Assembly (NCBI GenBank): GCA_041660605.1
Contig: JBAZWB010000001.1
Coordinates: forward strand, 9,295 to 73,294
DNA length: 64,000 nt
Source of the DNA: Patescibacteria group bacterium
Lineage (GTDB): Bacteria > Patescibacteriota > Patescibacteriia > UBA10025 > JAHIVO01
Direction: 5' to 3'
Shown: in pieces, positions 22,983 through 32,292 of the stretch
How the letters are laid out: the number at the start of each line of letters is the position of its first letter
How positions within the stretch are numbered: position 1 is the stretch's first letter
Program-made: the position numbers and the translations under genes
Notes under the pieces: generated by a model
The model's input: the letters and a program-made list of their open reading frames with translations, nothing else
Database searches by the model: none
Told to the model about the DNA's origin: nothing

Positions 22983-25349
22983 ATGAACCAATTTATAAAT
23001 AAAGGGGAGGTGGCGGTAAAAAGTACTAAACAAAAGCATATGAAAAAAATAATTGTTTTAGCAGTCTTAATGATTATATTAATTCCGTTTATCACCGCAG
23101 AAGCCGAACCCGCCGTGCACCTAGTAATCAGTGAAATCAAAACAACCGGCGGCAGCGGCAAAAGCACTGACGAATTCGTTGAGCTTTATAATCCTACTGA
23201 AACTGATGTATCTATGTCCGGCTGGCGGCTGATAAAAAAAACCGCCTCCGGGAGCGAATATCCGCTGGTTGATGATTTTGGAGACAAAGCAGTAAAAGCC
23301 CATTCTTTTTTTCTGGTTGCACACCCCGTCGGCTACCTTGGAGAGGCGGCTCCGGATTTTTACTATACATCTACAAATTCCCTGGCAGACAATAACACGG
23401 TGGTTTTAATTGATAATAATAACCAGGCTGCAGATAAGGTTGGTTTTGGTTCGGCTGTGGATTTTGAGGGAGTAGCCGTGGGTAATCCTGGCGCCAATAA
23501 AAGCGTTGAACGGAAGGCCCGGGCTGATTCAACCGAAGAAACCATGTCTGAAGGCGGTCCGCATTATTTTCTAGGCAATAGCGAGGAGACGGATAACAAC
23601 GCACAGGATTTTATTAGTCGTTCGGTGGCCGAGCCGCAAAATTCTTCGTCAGAGCTGGAGTATCTGGATATAGAAATCCCGGAAATTCCCGAGGAACCCG
23701 CTGATAATAATTCAAATACTAATAGTCAAAATTCCAATGCGAATAAGGCAGTTGTTTATTCTGATAAAATTATTATTACTGAAATATTCCCGAATCCGGA
23801 AGGCGCTGACGACGGTGAATTCATCGAATTATTTAATAATGGCAATCAGGCGGTTGATTTATCAGGCTGGCAGGTGAGTGATGAGACCAGCCGGCATTTT
23901 ATAATTAAATCGGAGGATTTTGAAAATACCGTTATCGGCAGCGGCGGCTATTTTTTAATTAAAAAAGAAATTTCCGGCATTAGTCTGAATAACACCGGCG
24001 ACGCGGCAAAAATATACCAGCCAAATGGAAATTTATTAAACAGCGTAGAGTACACCGGTTGCCAGGAAAACAAATCTTTTAGTTTAATAAACAGCCAGTG
24101 GGTCTGGACTGATGAGCTTACTCCCGGCCGGGAAAATAAACTGGCAATTGAAAATACCTTACCCGAGGCGCAGTTTGAACTGGAAAAGGGAGACTATAAG
24201 GTTGGCCAAAAGATTGCCTTTGACGCTTCAGAATCAAGCGACGCTGATGGCGATGAACTGGAATATTTTTGGGAATTCGGCGATGAAGGCAGCGCGGAAG
24301 GAGTTAAAGCAGAACATAGCTATATCAAGGCTGGCGAATATACAGCCAGATTGCTGGTTCGCGACAGTAAAGACGGCGAGAGCGAGTTGGAACAAAAAAT
24401 ATCCATTACTGATTATGAATATTCGGGTAGAATAATATTAAATGAGCTGTTGCCCGCCTGTTCGCCGACTGACGCGGAATGTGAATTCGTAGAATTATTC
24501 AATGAAGATTCGCGCGATATAAACCTAGCGGGCTGGCAGGTGACTGATCTGAAAAAATATTTTACTTTTTCTGATAAAGACATTATCAAAGCAGGCGGTT
24601 TTTTAATCATTAAACGCCAGGACAGCAAAATTACGCTTAACAATGACAAAGATACGGTTTATTTAATTGATCCACGCGGGAAAATTATCAATGGCGTGGA
24701 ATTTACCAAAGCCAAGAAGGACTTCTCTTTCTCTTTTGATTTTGACTCTGGCCGGTGGCAATGGACAGAAAAATCGACGCCGGGCGAGGAAAACGAGATT
24801 ATATCAAATGAGGAAGTTGAGGCACAGTCGTTATTGGAGGAGGATAAAAATATCAATGGGGAAACAGTGGTATTAAATAGTTCGCCGATAGAAATGCCAA
24901 TTGGTGAAATAAAAGAAGATTCATTGGGCAAGATTCTAAAAATAACCGGCGAGGTGGAGAGCGCCAACAGCCGGGGCATTTACCTGATGGATGAGCTGGG
25001 CAACATTCTGCGTGTTTATATTCAGGCAAAGACAGGTATCCCGCAGCCCGAGGTCAGCCCCGGTGACACTATGACAGTCGTTGGATTGCTGGACAAAACC
25101 ACCGCTGGGTTGCGGCTCCTGCCGCGTACTGCGGGAGACATTACGGTAGAGAAGAAGAAAACCGAGGGGGAAGTGCTGGGCGCGTCCACTGAAAGCGAAA
25201 AGATTGATATTCCTGTTGATGATAAGAGCAGGCAAATCCGCTTGTACCTGATAATCGCCGGGGCAGCAGTTGTGGTATTAATCGCCGGTTTGGCGGTAAA
25301 AAGGTTTATTAATAAAAAGGATTCTGACAAGGAAGCGGCCTTAGATTGA
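22983..25349 (+). CDS. Secreted/anchored surface protein with 3 lamin-tail-like (LTD) repeats, a PKD-like domain and a C-terminal TM anchor (alternative start 23040, MKKIIVL)
   Basis: Three copies of ...SEI..(N)P.G.D..EF(I/V)EL(Y/F)N......L.GW.. ; PKD-like FDASESSDADGDELEYFWEFGDEGS; C-terminal hydrophobic helix followed by KRFINKK. Confidence 0.65.
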   Translation: MNQFINKGEVAVKSTKQKHMKKIIVLAVLMIILIPFITAEAEPAVHLVISEIKTTGGSGKSTDEFVELYNPTETDVSMSGWRLIKKTASGSEYPLVDDFGDKAVKAHSFFLVAHPVGYLGEAAPDFYYTSTNSLADNNTVVLIDNNNQAADKVGFGSAVDFEGVAVGNPGANKSVERKARADSTEETMSEGGPHYFLGNSEETDNNAQDFISRSVAEPQNSSSELEYLDIEIPEIPEEPADNNSNTNSQNSNANKAVVYSDKIIITEIFPNPEGADDGEFIELFNNGNQAVDLSGWQVSDETSRHFIIKSEDFENTVIGSGGYFLIKKEISGISLNNTGDAAKIYQPNGNLLNSVEYTGCQENKSFSLINSQWVWTDELTPGRENKLAIENTLPEAQFELEKGDYKVGQKIAFDASESSDADGDELEYFWEFGDEGSAEGVKAEHSYIKAGEYTARLLVRDSKDGESELEQKISITDYEYSGRIILNELLPACSPTDAECEFVELFNEDSRDINLAGWQVTDLKKYFTFSDKDIIKAGGFLIIKRQDSKITLNNDKDTVYLIDPRGKIINGVEFTKAKKDFSFSFDFDSGRWQWTEKSTPGEENEIISNEEVEAQSLLEEDKNINGETVVLNSSPIEMPIGEIKEDSLGKILKITGEVESANSRGIYLMDELGNILRVYIQAKTGIPQPEVSPGDTMTVVGLLDKTTAGLRLLPRTAGDITVEKKKTEGEVLGASTESEKIDIPVDDKSRQIRLYLIIAGAAVVVLIAGLAVKRFINKKDSDKEAALD

Positions 25350-25360
25350 AGATGGCTGAT

Positions 25361-25420
25361 CCCGTTTAGAAATATTAATTTCTAAACGGGGTTGACAAAT
25401 TGAACGATCTGGGGTAAGGT
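25361..25420 (+). promoter_or_regulatory. Perfect palindrome CCCGTTTAGAAA-TATTAA-TTTCTAAACGGG abutting a TTGACA -35 box (short member of the CCCCGTTAGAAAAT element family)
   Basis: Seen at 25361-25397; downstream candidate -10 TAAGGT / TGCTATGTT; precedes the 25483 gene. Confidence 0.4.
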
Positions 25421-25482
25421 GCTATGTTAAAAAGAAAAGGAAGTAAAATAGCACCTAAAATTTCCAAGGACGAGGAGAAGAA

Positions 25483-25947
25483 ATGGACAAGCAAAAAACT
25501 GGTCTCAATTGTGGGTGTGCCAATACTTTGGCATTATTGCTGAAACAGGGCAGAGGTGATGATGAAGCCGAGCGGCACGAGATTCTTAATGAGTTAGTAA
25601 CGGAGTTACTGGCTTCTGATTTTAACGAAGATAAGGTTGCCCATCTGGCTGACCAGTTGTGCGCGGCGGGCATGGATGGCGCCGAAGTTGGCGGGTATAT
25701 GCTGTCCTGCATGGCTTTTCAAGAAGCCTCCAGCGGTGACAAAGGCCATGAAACCTGGGAACGCTGTAAGGTAAAGTGGATTATAGCCTGCCGGCGTTTC
25801 GAAATTAACGAATTCTCAATCAGAGAAGCGCTAAGAGTCGGCGCAGAATTCAGGGCACCTCTGGCGAAACTTTCGCCTGAAGATCGGGCCTTTGCCATTT
25901 ACAAGCGTTTCTTCGAATCAGTAAGTGCGGAGGAAGAGGAAGAATAA
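25483..25947 (+). CDS. Hypothetical protein, acidic C-terminus
   Basis: 154-aa ORF, RBS AGGAGAAG upstream; no recognised domain. Confidence 0.45.
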   Translation: MDKQKTGLNCGCANTLALLLKQGRGDDEAERHEILNELVTELLASDFNEDKVAHLADQLCAAGMDGAEVGGYMLSCMAFQEASSGDKGHETWERCKVKWIIACRRFEINEFSIREALRVGAEFRAPLAKLSPEDRAFAIYKRFFESVSAEEEEE

Positions 25948-26134
25948 GGCGGGCAAGTAAAATCTGTTACGCCAAAAATTATTTGTCTAAAATACCCAAG
26001 GGTCGCTGTGAAAGCACGGCGCCCTTTTTTTTGCATTGACAGCGAAGTAAAGAAGTGATTAACTCTTATAAAAGAGGGAACGTTCATTGAAACAGGAAAA
26101 ATGGATTTTTCAATATAGAAGAGGGAGAAGTGTC

Positions 26135-27421
26135 ATGAGTCGTATCAGGAACTTTCGTTTAGATAATGGGGCACAGGTATTAATCGCTCCGGATGAGCGC
26201 GCTATTGATGTGGGGTTGGCTATCGCTTTGCGAGCGGGCAGTGCTGATGAGCTAACGAAGCTTTACGGCGCCACGCATTTACTGGAGCATTTGATGGGAC
26301 ACAATCTTGGCAAGCACCAAATGCTAACGCAGACCAGCCAGGAAATTGATCGGTTGACTACTGGGTCCAACGCTTCAACCGATCGGCATGTGACGATTTT
26401 TCATTTTGAAACCACCGCCGGCAATTTTTCTGATTTGATTGAGCTGGCATATCAAATGATTGTTCATCCGCATATTTTCCGGCCGATGGTGGACACGGCA
26501 ATCGGCCAAGTGGCTGAAGACATCAATCGCACAGACAGTGAACCAGACCGGTTAGTGGCAGACAGGATCATGTCTGATTTTCACCTCGGCGAGGAAGTAA
26601 GGCATTCTATTTTTGGCACGGTTGAAGGTTTGGGCCGTATTAGCATACCGGCACTGCGCCAGTATCACCGCCAAATTGTTTGCGGGCAAAGGATGGTGAT
26701 CGTAGTTACCGGAAAAATCAGGGTTGGCACAGCAGAAAGAATAATCAGGAAGCAATTTGGTAATTTGCCGGCTGGACAGGCAGTTTTGCCGATTTCTTTC
26801 AGACCTAGCCTGCGGCGACGCCTGACCTGCCTGCCGAATCATGACCTGCCGACAGTCTTTTACGGAGTGTCATTTCCCCTTCCTTTCACGCCATGGGACA
26901 AGCACTCCTTGCCTTACCATTACATAAGCAAGCGATTAGTCGGGCTGGATTCATCGTCGCTTACCTTAAGGGTGGTTAAGGAGCTGGGTACTTCATACAG
27001 TTTTGCAGGAGATGTCTGGGATTTTCCGGACGGCAGCCGTTTTTTAATCACTTCAACGGCAGAACCAAAAAATCTTCTCCAGCATATATTTCTGATTTTT
27101 CTGGAATTGGCAGAGCTGGGGAACGGGAGTCTTAAACCAGGCAACCTTGATATGATTACCCGACATTTGCGCCATGAAATTGACAAGCAAGCTCTCAGCC
27201 CAATGGATCAGGCTAATGAATTTGCAGAACAGCTGGTCACTAACGGCCGGATTACTACTAGCAGTTCATTTGCCAGAAGCGCCAGCATGATAAATGTTGA
27301 AAAGGTCAGAAGACGGGTCCGCACCCGCTTGCAGCCGACCCAGTCGCAGGTATCAATGGTCGGCCCGGTAGATCGTACATTATTACAGCGCGTCAGGCGC
27401 CTTATCAGTTCGCAAAACTGA
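26135..27421 (+). CDS. M16-family (pitrilysin/insulinase-like) zinc peptidase homologue (track ORF starts at a TTG at 26087)
   Basis: Inverted zinc-binding motif HLLEH (..GATHLLEHLMG..); GAGGGAGAAG RBS before ATG 26135. Confidence 0.6.
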   Translation: MSRIRNFRLDNGAQVLIAPDERAIDVGLAIALRAGSADELTKLYGATHLLEHLMGHNLGKHQMLTQTSQEIDRLTTGSNASTDRHVTIFHFETTAGNFSDLIELAYQMIVHPHIFRPMVDTAIGQVAEDINRTDSEPDRLVADRIMSDFHLGEEVRHSIFGTVEGLGRISIPALRQYHRQIVCGQRMVIVVTGKIRVGTAERIIRKQFGNLPAGQAVLPISFRPSLRRRLTCLPNHDLPTVFYGVSFPLPFTPWDKHSLPYHYISKRLVGLDSSSLTLRVVKELGTSYSFAGDVWDFPDGSRFLITSTAEPKNLLQHIFLIFLELAELGNGSLKPGNLDMITRHLRHEIDKQALSPMDQANEFAEQLVTNGRITTSSSFARSASMINVEKVRRRVRTRLQPTQSQVSMVGPVDRTLLQRVRRLISSQN

Positions 27422-27515
27422 CAAGTTGCATTACACCAAAAAGATGAACGCTTGGTTCCGATACCAGGCGTTTTTTTATATTTTTTTATTTAATACGCGG
27501 AGTAATTTCCCGGTA

Positions 27516-27580
27516 GCAGAGCAAGCTCTGCACCTACGCATATTAAACTGGGTAGGTGGCGAGCTTGCTCGCCTACGTAG
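27516..27580 (+). repeat. Double-hairpin repeat unit (GCAGAGCAAGCTCTGC..ACCTAC...GTAGGT..GGCGAGCTTGCTCGCC); an inverted copy lies at 61589-61650
   Basis: About 62-nt near-identical sequence at two loci in opposite orientation; forms a three-helix structure. Confidence 0.6.
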
Positions 27581-27611
27581 ATTTCTTCCTCAACAATTTT
27601 AAAAAGTAATC

Positions 27612-27755
27612 GTGGTTATCCCGCCATCGCCCTCGCCAGCTCGGGCTACGGCGGGATTGTTAACTTCGCTTAATTTTGTTCGTCATTTTATTAATTATTA
27701 AATACGTGGTTATCCCGCTATCACCTTCGCTCCACTCAGGTTCAGCGGGATTGTT
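27612..27755 (+). repeat. Two direct copies (27612-27661, 27706-27755) of a roughly 50-nt hairpin unit GTGGTTATCCCGCC...GGCGGGATTGTT
   Basis: Seen directly; each unit is an interrupted palindrome (ATCCCGCC / GGCGGGAT). Confidence 0.5.
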
Positions 27756-27837
27756 CAAGTAGCCAAATTTCCATCGCTGATTTTTTTATTTATGTATTTT
27801 TATTCAGCTCGTAAATTTTGCTACTTGAACAAAAAAA

Positions 27838-27906
27838 CCAGGGATAATCACTTGCGCCAGTCCTTTAACATTATATTAAAGAATAAGTGTAAGCGATTAT
27901 CCCTGG
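27838..27906 (+). repeat. Nested hairpin element CAGGGATAATC...(CTTTAACATTATATTAAAG)...GATTATCCCTG
   Basis: 11-bp perfect inverted repeat arms enclosing an inner palindrome. Confidence 0.4.
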
Positions 27907-27977
27907 AACATGTAATGAACTCTTTTCTCTTTTTATTTTTGTTTTTCTAGCCTCATTATAGCGCAAAAAATGGGTTT

Positions 27978-28069
27978 TGTCAACCCCGTTTAGAAAATTT
28001 TTATTAAACACTATTTAATCAAATAAACTGGCTATTCCGAAACAACTAGCGCATAAATAAATCAATTTT
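27978..28069. repeat. Palindromic element, CCCCGTT(T)AGAAAAT family, copy 2; its TTGACA faces left (minus strand)
   Basis: Left end TGTCAACCCCGTTTAGAAAAT, right end ATTTTTCTAACGGGG; about 92 nt. Confidence 0.5.
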
Positions 28070-28237
28070 TCTAACGGGGCCAAGCGAAAGCATCTTATTT
28101 ATTTGAACAAAAAAATTGGATAAAATAATGTTGACAATTAGCCGGGAATTCATTAAGGTAATATGATTGCATTGATCTTTGACATTAATGTGAAATAAAG
28201 TAAATGAAGATAAAATCTTTTTTGGAGGTATGTAATT

Positions 28238-30604
28238 ATGTCTAACCCACTTGCGAATCCTAAGCCGGGCACTTACACAGATGTGCGCGAATTGGATTAT
28301 TTTAGCGTAGTTCCGCTTACTACGGTCGGTTTTCTTGTTAAGCTATTTGAATATTACCGGGCACAATGCACGGTACTCTACAACTTCGCCTTAAGCGGTG
28401 AGGGCAGCGGGCATCCAGGCGGCAGTATTTCTGCCGGCCGTATCATGCTGGCGCTTCTCCTGGAGTCCACGTCTTTTGACATCACCCAGCCGCGCCGGCC
28501 AGACGCCGATAGGTTCATCCAAGCTGAAGGCCATACTGCTCTTGGTGGATATGCTGTGCGCGCCTTGTTCGATGAATTCGCGCGTGTTGATCAGTGTAGT
28601 CTTCTGCAAGGGTTGGATGATGCTTTGCGTTTAAGACTGGTTGATCTGTTGCGCTTCCGGCACAATTCAGAACATAATCTGCCGCTTTCTGTTTTGCATA
28701 ACAGTAAATCGTTAGGCGGCCACCCCGATCCTTCCATTCCTTTTGTGGATCTGGCTACTGGCGCTTCGGGCGTTGGTGAGTGCGCCGCTGTTGGCAGAGC
28801 ACTAACTCTTCTGGACCATTTCGGCAGAAATGCTCCCTGGGTGCACTTCCTGACAGGCGAAGGGAGTATGACGCCTGGCCGTGTTGCCGAGGCGGCAGCT
28901 ATAGCGGCCAGCGGGCATATCTGGAACCTGGTAGGGCACGTGAACTTCAATAATTGCTCTATCAATTCGGACAGAGTGTGCCCGGCAGACGGCCAGCCTG
29001 GAGACTATATGCAATGCACTCCCGCTGGATTTTACCTGATGCATGGCTGGAATGTATATGAAGTTGACGGCACCAGTTTTCCGCAGATCATTATGGCTCA
29101 GCGCCTGGCGCGCCAGCAAAACAACGGTTTGCCGACGGCTATTGTGTATCACACCATCAAGGGCGAAGGTTACGGCATTGAAGGCAGGAAGTCGCACGGT
29201 GCCGGCCACCCCTTCTGCAGCGAAGCGTATTACCACTCACTGGCAGGGTTTGAAGCAGCCTTTGGCGTGCAGGTACCAAGGCGTGTCAATGAGGAGTCGC
29301 CCGTGGAGATTGAAAAACTGTATTTCAATACTCTCATGACCTTCCGCCAAGCAGCAGAAATGTTTACTGATTTGCCGCATTACGTTGGTGAGCGAATAGT
29401 GAAAAGCCATGATAATCTCGGGAGCCTGAACCGGACGCCTCGGAAGGGATGCCCGCAGTTAGGCCGTCTTTATGATGGCAGCGGAGGTATTTCTCCAGAG
29501 GAGATCCCCGCGGATCTGGTACTTCAGCCTGGCACCAAAACCACTTTACGCCTTCAGCAGGCCAGGGTACTTCGGCTTATCAATAAGATAACTGGCGGGG
29601 CGTTAATTTGCTGCTCTGCTGATCTGGACGAATCAACTTCTATTATTGAGGCAGCCAGGGATTTCGCTATGGGTTTTTGGGATGCGGCGGAAAATCCTTA
29701 TTCACGTTTGCTGGCTATCGGTATTCGTGAGGATGGCGGTGTTGGGGCAATGACCGGCGCGTGTGAATTCAATATGGGTGTTGTCGCGTCCTACGGCGGA
29801 TTTTTGTCGGCGATGGGACATACGGCAGCGCGCTTGCATTGCGATGGTGAGCAGGGATATTCGCTGGCTACCGGCAGTCACTACCGGACTGTAGTATTGG
29901 TTAACGCGCATACTGGTTATGGGACTGGTCCGGATGGTGCGTCACATGCTGATGGCCAGTGCACGCAGCTTTTTGAAGGTAATTTTCCCCTAGGATTTGC
30001 GATTACCCTGACACCCTGGAGTCCGGATGAATTGTATTCGCTGACAGTAGCTGGCTTGCTGAAACGACCGGCTGTACTGGCATCTTTCGTTACCAGGCCG
30101 GCAGAGGTTGTGCTGGATCGCGTGCAATATGGCCTGCCACCGGCGACTGCCGCGGCTAAGGGCGTTTACGCATTTCGTACGGCTGATCCTACCGACCCGC
30201 AGTACCGTGGCACTATCTTCCTCCAGGGGAGCGCGGTAACCTACGAGTTCATCCAGCATGTCCTGCTGAAGATTGACGAGGCTGGCTGGAAGATGAATGT
30301 CTTCTATATAGCCAGCCGCGAGCTCTATGAGCTTCTGTCCGCAGAAGAGCAACGCGCTATCGTGCCGGATTACTGCCTGGCTGAGGGCATGGGCATCACC
30401 GATTTCACCATGCCTACTATGGAATGGATGGTCGGCAGCCGCTTTGGCCGCGAATATTCGCTGCATGCTTTTTCCGCCGGATACTTTCCTGGCAGCGACG
30501 CCGCTTCGGCCGTACTGAAGGAAATGGGCATGGACGGTCTGTCGCAGTTGCTGAAGGTGCAGGAGTATGCCGAAGCATTTCACCAGAAGTTTCACATTAA
30601 ATAG
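28238..30604 (+). CDS. tkt: Transketolase, divergent and long (788 aa) with insertions
   Basis: SGHPGGS thiamine-diphosphate motif, DRFIQAEGHTALGGYA, TGASGVGECAAVGRA, GEGSMTPGRVAEA...NFNNCSINSD (GDG-X-N TPP motif), all co-linear with TktA; about 58% GC. Confidence 0.75.
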   Translation: MSNPLANPKPGTYTDVRELDYFSVVPLTTVGFLVKLFEYYRAQCTVLYNFALSGEGSGHPGGSISAGRIMLALLLESTSFDITQPRRPDADRFIQAEGHTALGGYAVRALFDEFARVDQCSLLQGLDDALRLRLVDLLRFRHNSEHNLPLSVLHNSKSLGGHPDPSIPFVDLATGASGVGECAAVGRALTLLDHFGRNAPWVHFLTGEGSMTPGRVAEAAAIAASGHIWNLVGHVNFNNCSINSDRVCPADGQPGDYMQCTPAGFYLMHGWNVYEVDGTSFPQIIMAQRLARQQNNGLPTAIVYHTIKGEGYGIEGRKSHGAGHPFCSEAYYHSLAGFEAAFGVQVPRRVNEESPVEIEKLYFNTLMTFRQAAEMFTDLPHYVGERIVKSHDNLGSLNRTPRKGCPQLGRLYDGSGGISPEEIPADLVLQPGTKTTLRLQQARVLRLINKITGGALICCSADLDESTSIIEAARDFAMGFWDAAENPYSRLLAIGIREDGGVGAMTGACEFNMGVVASYGGFLSAMGHTAARLHCDGEQGYSLATGSHYRTVVLVNAHTGYGTGPDGASHADGQCTQLFEGNFPLGFAITLTPWSPDELYSLTVAGLLKRPAVLASFVTRPAEVVLDRVQYGLPPATAAAKGVYAFRTADPTDPQYRGTIFLQGSAVTYEFIQHVLLKIDEAGWKMNVFYIASRELYELLSAEEQRAIVPDYCLAEGMGITDFTMPTMEWMVGSRFGREYSLHAFSAGYFPGSDAASAVLKEMGMDGLSQLLKVQEYAEAFHQKFHIK

Positions 30605-30693
30605 TTTGGAGGGATTAGTTCTATACGCCGCCGGCTCGTGCAAACACGGGTTGGCGGTTTTTTTATTAATAATTAGTTGTATAGGCAGCTTAA

Positions 30694-30825
30694 CCCCGTT
30701 AGAAAATTATAAAACATCTATTTGGTTATTAAAGAAGGATAAAACCAAATTACCGTTTAAAATCACCATGGCCATTAGCTAATTTTCTAACGGGGTTGAC
30801 AGCACCTGTAATTGAACGCTAAAAT
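30694..30825 (+). repeat. Palindromic element copy 3 (15-bp terminal inverted repeats CCCCGTTAGAAAATT / AATTTTCTAACGGGG, about 102 nt) fused to the promoter TTGACA-N18-TAAAAT
   Basis: Terminal repeats at 30694-30708 and 30781-30795; TTGACA 30796-30801; TAAAAT 30820-30825; the interior is the reverse complement of the copy-4 interior. Confidence 0.55.
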
Positions 30826-30885
30826 GAATAATCTAGAAAAGCAAAATAAGTATTGATCTTTACCATATTACAAGAGAGGTTTGTG

Positions 30886-32106
30886 ATGAATAAAGCAGAC
30901 GCGGTTTTAATGCAAGCAATTGAAGCCAACGGATTGGCAGACCGCCTGACTCAGCTCGACCGAGAAACAGCTTTTTTGGTTCTCAAACAAGCCAGAGAGC
31001 TTGAAGCGAGAGGTAGAACTATAGTTCACTTAGAGATCGGCGAGCCTGATTTTTCTTCGCCGGCCGAAGTGGACCAGGCCACTATTCAGGCGATTAAGGA
31101 CGGACAGACGCACTATGTCGGTTCGCAAGGCATCCCCGAACTGCTGGAAGCGATCGCGGCGGACGTTTCTGAAACGCGCGGGATTTCGGTCGATCCGAGC
31201 AATGTAATCATGACCGTGGGCGCGAAAGAGGTGATTAGCTTCACGATCTTATCGCTGGTCAATCCTGGCGAAGAGGTAATCTACGCTACGCCTTCTTATC
31301 CCATCTATCCGTCGCTGATCAATCTTTTTGGCGGCGTCCCCAGACCGCTTCGCCTGCGTCCGGAAATTGGCTTCAACCTTGAACTGGATGAATTCGAATC
31401 ATTGCTCGGCGAAAACACGAAACTGATCATCCTGAACTACCCGCACAATCCTACCGGCTGTATATTCAGGCCCAAAGCACTGAAAAGAGTTGTCGAGCTG
31501 GCAGCAGAGCGGGGCATCTGGATACTGGCGGATGAAGTTTATAAGGACATTATCTATGATGATGCCTTTACCAGCGTAGCGACTCTTAAGGGCGGGCTTG
31601 ACCATATTATCCTAATGGATGGGTTTTCGAAATCATTTGCCATGACGGGTTACCGGATCGGTTATGCCGTAGTACCGGATTGCCTGCGCAAGCCATTTGT
31701 TGACTTGTGCAACAATATGCATTCGTGCGTAACCTCGTTTGTGCAGGTGGGCGCGATAGCCGCTCTGGCTGATCCGACAGGAGAGGTTCGCCGGCTCATA
31801 CAGCAGCGGAGGCTGGAGTTCCGGGCCCGCCGCGATCTTATTTGCGAGGGTTTGCGCCACATCCCCAGTTTCCGCCTGACAGCCACTCCGCCAGGCGCCT
31901 TCTATGTTTTTCCGGATATCCGGGAGACCGGGCTCACTTCTGATGTTCTGGAGCAGAGATTGCTGATAGAAGGCGGCGTGGCAGGGCTTTCTGGCACAGC
32001 CTTCGGACCGGAGGGAGAGGGCTTCCTGCGACTTTCGTACGCGAATTCACAAGACAACATCAAGTTGGCTCTTGAATGGATCGCAACATTTGTCGGCAAG
32101 CTCTAG
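30886..32106 (+). CDS. Class I/II PLP aminotransferase (aspartate/aromatic type)
   Basis: LILNYPHNPTG, SKSFAMTGYRIGY (PLP-lysine) motifs; AGAGAGG RBS before ATG 30886 (track ORF 30853). Confidence 0.8.
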   Translation: MNKADAVLMQAIEANGLADRLTQLDRETAFLVLKQARELEARGRTIVHLEIGEPDFSSPAEVDQATIQAIKDGQTHYVGSQGIPELLEAIAADVSETRGISVDPSNVIMTVGAKEVISFTILSLVNPGEEVIYATPSYPIYPSLINLFGGVPRPLRLRPEIGFNLELDEFESLLGENTKLIILNYPHNPTGCIFRPKALKRVVELAAERGIWILADEVYKDIIYDDAFTSVATLKGGLDHIILMDGFSKSFAMTGYRIGYAVVPDCLRKPFVDLCNNMHSCVTSFVQVGAIAALADPTGEVRRLIQQRRLEFRARRDLICEGLRHIPSFRLTATPPGAFYVFPDIRETGLTSDVLEQRLLIEGGVAGLSGTAFGPEGEGFLRLSYANSQDNIKLALEWIATFVGKL

Positions 32107-32292
32107 TCTTGATAGCACATCAGATGATGTTCTATAACCGGACGTCCCGTGACGTTCGGTTTTTATTATATAAAACAAATAACCTAGATGGGCATTTGTT
32201 AGTTAATATTAGTATTCAATAAATAATCTTATATTCTTAAATATTTAATGCACATAGAAACAACCGTTAAAAGCTGGTACAATGTAATAGCT

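Noticed and set aside
27480-28100. Possibility of a CRISPR array
   Set aside because: The repeats are only two copies each and are themselves interrupted palindromes of unequal spacing. No regular repeat-spacer periodicity and no cas genes are present in the window.
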